Origin: Lama glama
Lineage: Eukaryota
Assembly: GCA_028534125.1 (NCBI GenBank)
Contig: CM052817.1
Coordinates: 73,844,001 to 73,908,000 of the forward strand
Direction: 5' to 3'
DNA: 64,000 bases
Shown here: positions 53,356 through 64,000 of the stretch, in pieces
How positions within the stretch are numbered: position 1 is the first letter of the stretch
Layout of the letters: each line of letters begins with the position of its first letter
Program-made: the position numbers and the translations under genes
Notes under the pieces: model-generated
Database searches by the model: none
Seen by the model: the letters and a program-made list of their open reading frames with translations, nothing else
What the model was told of the DNA's origin: nothing

Positions 53356-56156
53356 GTAAGATTTTAAAAAAATTGAGTTTGTTTGAAAGCTGGCTACACT
53401 AAAGAAAAGCATGAATTAAGATGCAAGCTAGTTGCCATTACTAACCACTGTAATAAGTATATTTTTATATTATCCTTATTAATCATTAATATATGTTTAG
53501 AAAAGCAGCTTGACCAGTTAAATTATGAAGACATAAATTTGTGAGCTAATTAGCAGTAAAAATGCAATGATTATTCATCCAAGCATTCACTTTCTTTTGG
53601 ATATCCCTGTTACCCCCGCTATCGCTGTTACGCTTGTTTAGAAACCCACCCTACCGTTTTTGTCCATTTGTTAGCACAGCATTGTCATCTCATTTTTTTA
53701 AGCTCTGATGTGACAGTATCACTTTTTTATATCAAACGACACTGACTTCAGTAGAGAGCTCATTATTTTTGTAGGCTACACCTGCAAAAGTGATACTGTC
53801 TTAATAGTGCTCAGCTGAAGCTAACTCTCCCCTCACCCCACTCCCCGCCGCCTTGCACCTCTTACTGTGGTGAAGTGTAACTGACTTCTCTAGGGCTGAG
53901 GTCTAACAGACTTCGGTGGAAACCTTCTGGGAAAAAAAAAAAAGCAAGGAAGCAAAAATTCAGACCTCCTGGATGAAATTACTAATCACAACAGTGTGTC
54001 ATAATAGGGCTAATTTTAAATAATGATGCAAATCCTAAATATTATCTAGTTCAGAGAGAACTTGTTTTTACAGACCTTAAGAGAGCTATCTTAGAACTCA
54101 TTTCAGGTTTGTACCATTCAATTAAATTTTTAGTTTGTTGGACTGTTTCTGGTGACTCATTAGCTGCTTGTGTGGAAGAAGTTGAATTTTCAAGTTTCTT
54201 CTTGCTTTTATGCCCCAGATGCTTTTGAAAACAAAAAATCAAATTTTAATGTTTATTCATTTTAAGATTTGACTCACTATGTTTCAAGGTGCTGTTCCCG
54301 AAAGGAGGAGACTTAGAACCATGTTGAATATGGTCATTAGGCCCTATGCAATTATCTTAAAGCTTTTTCCCCCTTTTTTTGAAGTCCTTGCTTCATGTAT
54401 TTTACTGTAATGTAAATGTAGTAAATGTAATTTACTACTAAGTTATTGAAATACTTTTACTTGAGAGTCTCCTTACTCTCATGTTAAATCATTATTCAGG
54501 ACTAGAATATTTGAAATTTGGGATGTTTTCATTGATTTATATTTGAATAAATATTTACTAATATAAATATTTTAACATATCTTTGTATATACATTTTCAC
54601 AAAGTATATCTTCTCAACAAATACTGACTCTCTCAAGAGAAGGCATTATGTTTATAGAAAGTTTACATTATCACTGCCTTCATTAATTCCTTTTTTTAAA
54701 AGAGATTTTGTTATTTGGGACTTTCTTCTTTGGGGCTATGGTGTTTATTTAAATGGCCCTTTCCTTTGTTCCTTGTATCCAAGTTAGTAGGAATTAAAAA
54801 TTAACCCCTCCATCTGGCTCAATCATTAGTTAAAAAAAAAGTTACTGTACTGCTATAATGCCAAGGATTCTCCCAGGTAACTCCTAGGTATTGTGACCAT
54901 TTAAAAAATTTCAAATATAAGTTCACATTCAGCTTTCTTTTAGTATAAAGATAATCAGTCATAAAATAATCTTCATCTAGGCATGCAGTAATCTCCAAAG
55001 AAGGGCTCTGTGGAAGAGATTCTTTCCTAAGGTCTTTTCATGAATAAATACTAAAGAGTTTGCGCTTCCCTCCTTGCTTTTAATGGGTGCAGCCCCTGCC
55101 ACCAATGCCTTGAACATACTGCATTGAGCATCTTAGGGACGGACTTGTAGGGAAATAAATACACTTCACCACAGTAATGTTTTACATATTTGTTCTAATT
55201 TCTTACCATCCTTCTGCCCATGCAACTCAGCAAGGCCACCTTTCCCACCAGTTTTATTCCACCTTTGCTTTGCATGGAAATAACTTGGCTTACATAAACT
55301 GTGCGTGTGTCCTGTGTGACTGTCTCTGATTTGGGTTGCCATGCATCACATTTTAACTTTGGACTCACAAATAAATTTAATCACAGTTGTTGTTTGTGTT
55401 GGTTTCCTTTCCTTTCCTTTCCTTTCTTTCCCTCCTTGGTCTATCCATTACGTGTCTAAACAAGGAGGTTGCTCCAAGGAAAGGACCATGCCTCTCAGCA
55501 CAAGACTGTTTGTTTCATTGTTAGGTGTGAATTTCCCTTAGATGAAATGCCGGTTTGCAGCTGATTCAGATATATTTTATATAATCATTGTATGTTGGTG
55601 GAAGTAAACATACTGAACTTCAGATTTTTATATGATTTTATATTTAATCATATAAATGAACACATATACATCATTAGAAGGTATTCTGAATTTGCTACTA
55701 CTGGCTTTCTCCTAGAGGAAATCAACTTTCTGCAATTTCTAATGCTTTTTTTCCTTTTTTTTCCCATGTTTATTTTTTTTCAACATTGATCTGTAACATC
55801 TGAACAATCTTGAGATATTTCTGTATAATTTCACAGCGTTCGTTCTTTGTTTTGTGATTTTGTGTGTGTGTGTCTTGATTATTTGTTACAGCTTTGTTGT
55901 ATGTGTGGATGAGCTACAAGTGAGAAAATTAAGCAAGTTATTTCCTGCTCATTTTTCCTTTTCAGTTTTTTTTTGTTGTTGTTAGCCTTGCTTTGCTTTT
56001 GTATCCCGAGACCTTGTGGATCCACCATTCCCAGCCCATGTTGTTGTGCCCCCACCACAACAGGAAAAGACACTGTGTGGTTTCAGTCCTGATTACATTT
56101 GCCAATATCTTTTTTGATTTCCATTTTACTTTCAATGTTTTTCATTCACATCAAAG

Positions 56157-59100
56157 ATGATGAGACAGAATCTACAGAAACATCTGTCCTGAAAAGCCAC
56201 CTGGTTAATGAAGTTCCTGTCCTAGCGAGTCCGGACTTGCTCTCTGAAGTTTCTGAGATGAAACAGGATTTGATCAAGATGACCGCCATCTTGACCACAG
56301 ATGGATCTGACAGGGCAGGTTCCATTAAAGTGAAGGAGCTGGTGAAGGCTGCTGAGGAGGAGCCCGGAGAGCCTTTTGAAATTGTTGAACGAGTGAAAGA
56401 GGACTTAGAGAAAGTGAATGAAATCCTGAGAAGTGGGACCTGCACCAGAGGTGAAGGCAGTGTGCCAAGGTCTCAGTCAGAGAGAGAATTAGTGGAAGAG
56501 GAATGGGTTATTGTCAGTGAGGAGGAAATAGAGGAGGCTAAGCGAAAAGCACCTTTAGAAATCACTGAATATCCATGTGTCGAGGTTAGAATAGATAAAG
56601 AGACCAAAGTCAAAGGAGAGAAAGACTCAACTGGGCTAGTGAACTACCTTACTGAGGATCTAAATTCCTACAAGTCTCCCCACGAAGAGCAACCGCAGAC
56701 AGAGCGTGACCTGGCAGGGGAGATATGTGAGTCCCAGGGTCCTGACAGGAGCTCTGAAAGTGAAGGGAAAGGTGCCCCCTCCGAGGAGACACAGAGTACA
56801 CAGAAACAGCCCAGACCCAGCCTGGGAATCAAGAAGCCAGTGAGAAGGAAATTAAAAGAAAAAGAAAAACAAAAAGAGGATAGTTTACAAGCTAGTGCAG
56901 AAAAAACTGAACTTAAAAAAGAGAGTTCAGAAGAATCATTAGATGAAGACCTCGGTTTAGCCCCTGAGCCTCTTCCCCCCGTAAAAGCTACGTCACCTTT
57001 GATAGAGGAAACTCCCATTGGTTCCATAAAGGACAAAGTGAAGGCCCTTCAGAAACGCGTGGAAGATGAACAGAAAGGGCGAAGCAAGTTGCCTGTCAGG
57101 GTCAAAGGCAAAGAGGATGTGCCCAAAAAGATAAACCACAGGACACATCTTGCCGCATCCCCCTCCCTAAAATCAGAGAGGCATGGCCCAGCATCACCCT
57201 CCTCTAAAACAGAAAGACACTCTTCTCTTTCCTCCTCTGCAAAAGCCGAAAGGCACCCTCCGGTATCACCATCAAGTAAAACTGAGAAACACTCACCTGT
57301 GTCACCCTCGGCCAAAACTGAAAGGCACTCTCCTGTGTCATTGTCAAGTAAAACTGAGAAACACTCCCCCGTGTCTCCCTCAACAAAAGCTGAAAGACAC
57401 TCCCCCGTGTCCTCTTCTACCAAAGCAGAAAGACACCCACCAGTCTCACCTTCAGGTAAAACAGACAAACGCCCACCTGGATCGCCCTCTGGGAGAACAG
57501 AGAAACATCCACCAGTATCCCCGGGCAGAACAGAAAAACGCTTGCCTGTATCACCAGCTGGAAGAATGGAAAAGCATTCGCCTGCATCGACCTCTGGGAA
57601 AACTGAGAAGCACCTGCCTGTGTCACCTTCTGGGAAAACAGACAAGCAACCACCTGTCTCTCCCACCTCAAAAACAGAAAGAATCGAGGAGACGATGTCT
57701 GTTCGGGAGTTGATGAAAGCTTTCCAGTCAGGTCAGGACCCATCCAAACATAAGACTGGACTCTTTGAGCACAAGTCAGCCAAACCAAAACAGCCACAAG
57801 AGAAAGGCAAAGTTCGGGTAGAAAAAGAAAAGGGGCAGGTAGTAACCCAGAGAGAAATGCAGAAAACAGAGAGTCTGACAATCAAACGAGGCCAGAGATT
57901 CCTGGTCACAGGACCCTCAGAATCCAGAAGAGCAGTTCGTGCTTCCTCCATAGGGTTTAAGAGAGAAGACGTAGCTGGAGAGAAGGAGAAAGTGCTCAAC
58001 CACAAAACACCTGAACCTGTTCATCCAGAACCTGAAGGAGAAAGTCGTAAAGATAGTGAAGCCCCTAAAGAAAAGCTGGCTGATGAACAGGGAGACATGG
58101 ATCTCCAGATCAGCCCAAACAGGAAAACCTCCACTGACTTTTCTGATGTCATTAAGCAAGAATTGGAAGACAATGACAAATACCAGCAGTTCTGCCAGAG
58201 TGAAGAGACTGAGAAGGCACAGCTCCACTTAGACCAAGTGCTCACTAGTCCTTTCAACACAACATTCCCACTGGATTACATGAAAGATGAGTTCCTCCCA
58301 GCTCTGTCTCTACAGAGCAGCGCTCTAGCTGGCAGTTCTGAAAGCCTAAAGCACGAAGGGGTAGCAGGTTCCCCGTGTGGCAGCCTGATGGAAGGGACCC
58401 CTCAGATTAGTTCAGAAGAAAGCTATAAGCATGAGGGCCTGGCAGAGACCCCCGAGACCAGCCCAGAAAGCCTTTCTTTCTCACCAAAGAAAAGCAAGGA
58501 GCAAATCGAGGAAGCAAATGGGACTACCAAGTTAGAAACATCACCAGAGATTCACTCTGAAAAAGAACATCCATCAACAAAGGACATTACAGATGGCTCT
58601 GAAGGGCAAGGGGACGCAGTCACAGGGGCCAAGGAGCCCTCTGCTGAGCCTTTGCTGAAGGAGGCTGCCCTAGACCCTTCTAAAGACACTAGCCCCCAAC
58701 AAGGAAGTGATTACCTTGGCAGACAAGATGTGTCATTAGCAAAAGAAACATCCAAAGGACTGACTGAGGAAGTGTCCTGTGATGAAGGTCCACTTACATA
58801 TGTTAGTTCACCCCCCGAGACACAAACTGATATGAAAGTTCAGGAGTCCTCAACCACTGAGCCCTCAGATGAGAAAAAGACATCACCACTGTCTGATGTT
58901 GCTGTCAAGACAGACCCAGGGACTGAATCAAAGCCCCAGGGAGTCATTAGAAGTCCCCAAGGGTTAGAACTTGCACTCCCTAGCCGTGACAGTGAGGTCT
59001 TCAGCCCTGGGGCTGATGAATCATTTGCAGTGAGTCACAAAGACTCCCTGGAAGCCAGCCCTGTGCTGGAGGATAATTCCTCACACAAAACTCCTGATTC

Positions 59101-62100
59101 TCTGGAACCGAGTCCTCTGAAAGAATCTCCATGCCATGACTCTCTTGAAAGCAGCCCTGTTGAACCAAAGATGAAGGCTGGAATTCTCCCAAGTCACTTT
59201 CCTCTCCCTTCAGTCGTTGCCAAAACAGAAATCTTCACAGAAGTGGCCTCTATGCGGTCCCGGCTGCTCCGTGACCCAGATGGCAGTGCTGAGGACGACA
59301 GCCTTGAACAGACGTCACTCATGGAGAGCTCAGGGAAGAGCCCCCTTTCTCCTGACACCCCCAGCTCCGAAGAAATTAGCTATGAGGTCACACCCAAAAC
59401 CACAGATGCAGGCACACCAAAACCAGCTGTGATTCCCGAATGTGCGGAAGAAGATGACTCAGAAAATGGGGAGAAAAAGAGGTTCACACCCGAAGAAGAA
59501 ATGTTTAAAATGGTAACCAAAATCAAAACGTTTGATGAACTTGAACAAGAAGCAAAGCAGAAAAGAGACTACAAAAAAGAACCCAAGCAAGAAGAATCTT
59601 CTTCATCCTCTGACCCTGATGTTGAGTGTTCAGCAGACATGGATGAACCAAAACATACAGAAAGTATAGAGGATGAAAACAATGTCCCTGTTGTAGTAAC
59701 ATCAGAGGGCAGGAAGGCTTCTTCCTCCTCAGAGAGTGAGCCTGAGCTGACACAGCTGAAAAAAGGTGCTGACTCAGGCCTTTTATCAGAGCCAGTTATT
59801 CGAGTACAACCTCCTTCCCCACTTCCATCCAGCCAAGACTCAAATTCCAGTCCTGAAGAAGTACAATTTCAGCCTATCATTTCCAAACAGTATACGTTTA
59901 AGATAAATGAAGATACTCCAGAAGATTCAGGTAAATCAGAAGAAGAAAAAGATGGTGAACCTCATTTACGTGAAGACAGTTGTACAGTTGCCACTGATGG
60001 CCCAGAGATGTCTTATGATGATCGAAATGGAGATGCTGATCAACCAAAAATCCACAAAGGCCGTGGGTGTGAGGCTGGGAGTCCTAGCAGCTCAGCCACT
60101 CTGGTCTCTTCAGGTCTCCACAGTGCCACTGGTGATGATGTCAGTGAGCAGCTCATTATCCATAAGGAATCATTAGCTCTCCAAGATGCTGGTGAAAGAG
60201 AAACAGAAGGAGAAGAGCTTGATGTTTCTAGAGTTGAATCTCTACAAGTAGATTACCCCAGTGAGAGCTCTTCATCTTTGTCCTCTTTGCCTCATTGTCC
60301 AGCATCTGAAGGAAAAGAATTAGATGACGACATAGTCTCTCCATCTTCTACTACAAAAATGGAGGTCACAAAAACTGACCAAGCTTTTGAGAGTGTACCA
60401 GAGGACTGTTCCACTCAAGACTCATCCATCACTACTCAGACAGATAGGTCGTCCTTGGATGTTTCAGTGTCCAACCCAACAGAGACTGATGAAATCTATA
60501 ATCCTCAAATCATAAGCCCTTATGAAAATGTTCCTTCCCAGTCTTTCTTCTCTAGTGAAGAAAGCAAAACCCAAACAGATGTGCAGCTCACAAGTTCTCA
60601 CTCTTCTGAAGTGTATTCTGTTACTATTACATCCACTATTGAAGACGGAGTAGTGACAAGCTCCTCTGATACATCTGTTTCAAGCAAAGAATCTAATTTT
60701 GAGGACCAGAACTTGGAAGCAGAATGCAAACAAGAAAGTACCTCATGGGAAATGCAGCCAGATAGAGCCCCCTCATCTTCGGAGCCAACTGTACCAACTA
60801 CATCAACAGTCGTTGGTGAACAGATAAGCAAAGTCATCATCACAAAAACTGATGTGGATTCTGATTCCTGGAGTGAAATCCGTGAGGATGATGCAGCCTT
60901 TGAGGCGCGAGTAAAAGAGGAAGAGCAAAAGATATTTGGTTTGATGGTAGACAAACAATCACAGGGTACCACCCCAGACACCACTCCTGCTAGGACCCCA
61001 ACTGAAGAGGGGACCCCAACCAGTGAGCAAAATCCATTTCTCTTTCAGGAAGGAAAATTGTTTGAGATGACCCGAAGTGGTGCCATTGATATGACCAAAA
61101 GGTCTTATACAGATGAAAGTTTTCACTTTTTCCAAATTGGGCAAGAATCCAGGGAAGAGACTCTCTCTGAAGACGTGAGAGAAGGAGGTACAGGCACTGA
61201 GTCCCCACAGCTGGAGACATCAGCTGAGTCATTAGCACTCTTAGAATCAAAAGAAACAGCAGGTGATGAAGCAGACTTACTCCCAGATGACATGAGTGAG
61301 GAAGTAGAGGAAATACCCACTTCAGAGGCTCAACTTAACTCTGAAATGGAGATTTCAGCCTCCATGGAAACACCAGTGAAAGAGGCTCCTTCTGCAGGGG
61401 CTGAGGACCTTCCTGCTGCGCAAATGAGTGATACACCTCCTCTGTCCAGTGTGAAGGAGACAGCTTGCCCTGACTCCCCTGAACCAGTTGTACAAGTTCA
61501 GTTAGATTTTTCCACAGTCACTAGGTCTGTATATTCAGATAGGGATGATTCTCCCGATTCTTCCCCAGAGGAACAGAAATCAGTCATTGAAATCCCTACT
61601 GCACCCATGGAGAATGTGCCTTCCAGTGAAAGCAGATCGAAAATCCCCATAAGGACTATACCCACTTCAACCTCAGCACTTCCGTCTATGGCATATGAGA
61701 GTTCCCTTTCTGAAGATTTTCTACCCAGCCTGGATGAGGAAAGTAAAGAGGATGAAATAAAACCAAAGTCTAAAATCCCCGTGAAAGCACCCGTCCAGAG
61801 AGTCGAGCAGCAGCTTTCACATCCAGACTCATCTCTACAGAAGACAGCGGCTCCTCAGGGACAGGACATGACAAGCAGAGCACTGGAGAGTAGAAGCAAA
61901 TCTGAATCTGATGCCAGTCCTTTGGACACGGAGGCCAAAAGTCCAGTAAACGCTAGAAGTTACGTTGAGACAGAAACAGAGAGCGGAGAGGAGGCAGAGG
62001 AGCCTGAGTTAGAATCAGAAGAAGACGCCGCAAGACCAAAGATATTTGCATCCCGCTTGCCGGTAAAGAGCAAAAGCACCACATCTTCCAGCAGAGGGGC

Positions 62101-62414
62101 CGCGAGCCCCACGAAAGAAAGTAAGGAGCACTTCTTTGACCTTTACAGAAACTCCATAGAATTCTTTGAAGAGATTAGTGATGAGGCTTCCAAGTTAGTG
62201 GACAGACTTACACAGTCAGAAAGGGAGCAGGAATTAGTTTCAGATGATGAGAGCAGTAGTGCCCTGGAAGTTTCAGTAATTGAAAATCTACCACCTGTTG
62301 AGACCGAGCACTCACTTCCCGAGGACATCTTTGACACAAGGCCCATTTGGGATGAGTCCATTGAGACTCTGATTGAACGCATCCCTGATGAAAATGGCCA
62401 TGACCATGCTGAAG
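56157..62414 (+). CDS. ANK2: Giant neuron-specific exon (6258 nt, 2086 codons) of 440-kDa giant ankyrin-B
   Basis: tcaaag|ATGATGAG...GAAG|gtattt; phase 1-1 (skippable in frame); uninterrupted S/E/P/T-rich ORF 56099..62458 matching the giant AnkB insert. Confidence 0.97.
57158..57685 (+). repeat. Coding tandem repeat, about 15 x 36 nt (12 aa; SPSxKTE[KR]HSPV)
   Basis: Directly visible in the translation; one unit is 11 aa ([11 protein letters not shown]). Confidence 0.95.
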
Positions 62415-63958
62415 GTATTTGCCAGCCACTGGGATTCCCTGTGCTCCGCATGTCATAAATTTAATATAGTTTTTTTGTATGTCTGTTTTATTTGGTGGTT
62501 TATGTCTCATTTTCTTTAAGCCTTCTGTGGTGGTTACTATGTTTGTGTAAGCCCTTTGTGTTTTGTGCTTTCTCTGTATACTCTTGTCTGTGGAAACAAT
62601 CTCAAGATTGAGTAATGAGAATGCTTATGGAAAACATAAACATGATTGGCAGGCAACGGGGGTCTTGCCTTTTCTCTAGCCACTGCACGTGAGGCCATGC
62701 AAGCTTTGAGTTTTGTTGTTCTGAAGTTCCAGGCTTAACTTCAAATTAAACAAATGAATATTCTTGGTCTTGTTTCATATTATGAGAATTTATTGCTTTT
62801 TTTCTTTGTGTACTTTTAAATAACTTGCACTTAACAATTTTGTGATCATTAGGAAGCCATTTGCACAAGATTTCACATACCATGAAATTCCAATTGTTGT
62901 GGATTTGTTTTTGATTCAGAAAGGTTGGATTTCAAATACCATTGGTAAACACTTTAAGCAAATAGACATAAGGTAAAAACATGCTTTTCATTTATGCTGT
63001 AGAGGAATGGAGAATGTCCTCTGATTAGATGCAGCAGACAACAAAAACTCAAACTTTGCATGATTTAAGTTGACTGTGAGGGGATGATGGTTCTTTGAAT
63101 TATAAAAAAAAAAAGAAAGAAAGAAAACCATAGATGGCTCTGAGAAGCTGCTTCTGATCTTCTAATATCTCTATAATAAAGACTATTATTCTTAAATTGG
63201 GATTATAAAAAATGTCATGATACCTTGACCTAAAATGCTGCCCATCAATTAATGGGGGTTAAAAAAAGAAGAAAAGTTACAGTTTGTGGGAATATATTAG
63301 CTTACTTAGTAGTGAGCAGACAGAAACTTTGCCCAGAAGACACATATACATACTAATATACACAGACAACTGTGTGCACTTTATTCTTCCTTTTTTCAAG
63401 GCCACCAGGACCAAGGCAAATGTTGTTTCTGACCATACTGAAAAAAGCCAAGATGGTTTGATTAACGCACGATCTAGGTCTCTTGCGAATGTTGGATGTG
63501 ATTTCTTTATGATATGACTCGGAAGTGATCTATACTGCCATGGGCAATAATAGGGAGTCCTAACCAAATTACTCCATTTCTACATCCTGTTTATGATTTT
63601 TCTGGTGTTCGATGAGCAAGATGGTTGTCTTCTGGTGGGCAGTGTCCTCTCAGATAATTTAAAAGGAAAGTCCTAAGATCACTAGAAATCAATAACTCAT
63701 ATAATTTATGTACAGTGACTAGTCTTGATTAAAGAGATATGGAAGTAGATGGTTTTCTTGATTTTTTTATTAGATTAATTCCCCATTCCACTCCAGAAGT
63801 CAGGCAAACACAGAATTTAATGTGATTTAAAATGTGCTAGTTAATTTGTGCTATCGTCAAATATTTGGACACTTGACTTCCTTTCTTTGGATGATTGGTA
63901 CTGTGGTTCCTCTCGTGTCATAGACAACCATTGGCCATTCTGTTTTTGACCTTTGTAG

Positions 63959-64000
63959 ATCAACAGGCTGAGCAGGAACGGATCGAGGAAAGGCTGGCTT
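63959..64000 (+). CDS. ANK2: Start of death-domain exon (truncated by window): (D)QQAEQERIEERLA
   Basis: tttgtag|ATCAACAG...; phase 1; EQERIEERLA matches the AnkB death-domain entry. Confidence 0.93.
   Translation, partial: MNRLSRNGSRKGWL

Larger units (their letters stand above)
345..64000 (+). other. ANK2: ANK2 (ankyrin-B) gene, internal portion; 5' and 3' ends lie outside the window
   Basis: Spliced translation gives recognisable ankyrin-B sequence in the expected order (ANK repeats, [14 protein letters not shown]5, UPA, giant insert, death domain) with consistent exon phases. Confidence 0.99.

Noticed and set aside
53775..53789. Possible 15-nt phase-1 microexon (tag|GCTACACCTGCAAAA|gtgata)
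   Set aside because: Very weak donor, short pyrimidine tract and nearby upstream AGs; expected by chance
56011..56156. Upstream alternative acceptors extending the giant exon (56011, 56087)
   Set aside because: Offsets of 146 and 70 nt are out of frame, and an in-frame TGA at 56090 blocks extension
57049..57881. Repetitive antisense and alternate-frame ORFs (205, 176 and 154 aa)
   Set aside because: Shadows of the 36-nt coding repeat in the giant exon
56099..62458. Stand-alone 2119-aa single-exon gene or intronic-polyadenylation isoform ending [14 protein letters not shown]
   Set aside because: The ORF starts at a TTG in the pyrimidine tract and ends 44 nt into the intron; splice sites define an internal exon, and the AATAAA at 63175 is unremarkable in AT-rich DNA
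1..64000. CRISPR array, operon or prokaryotic defence system
   Set aside because: The sequence is a spliced mammalian gene; no repeat-spacer arrays or prokaryote-like gene density

Overview
Mammalian genomic DNA containing the middle part of ANK2 (ankyrin-2/ankyrin-B) on the + strand. tRNA-Ala-derived vic-1-like SINEs suggest a camelid. Eighteen complete exons and the start of one more were delimited by AG/GT boundaries and reading-phase continuity, roughly exons 21-39 in human numbering plus a 36-nt cassette exon. They encode ANK repeats 23-24, the linker, ZU5-A, ZU5-B, UPA, two small acidic exons, the 6258-nt giant exon and the start of the death domain. Introns carry L1 fragments, MIR/L2, MER5 and Tigger-type MITEs, SINEs, microsatellites and a 500-N gap. 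There are no prokaryotic features, and most short ORFs in the track are spurious. I found no wholly new system. The best leads concern splicing and regulation: a 36-nt in-frame microexon, a candidate 9-nt microexon before an exon that duplicates half of the preceding ZU5 exon, a candidate 60-nt in-frame exon before the giant exon, a possible internal RFX-linked promoter, RBFOX motif clusters and an inverted L1 pair.
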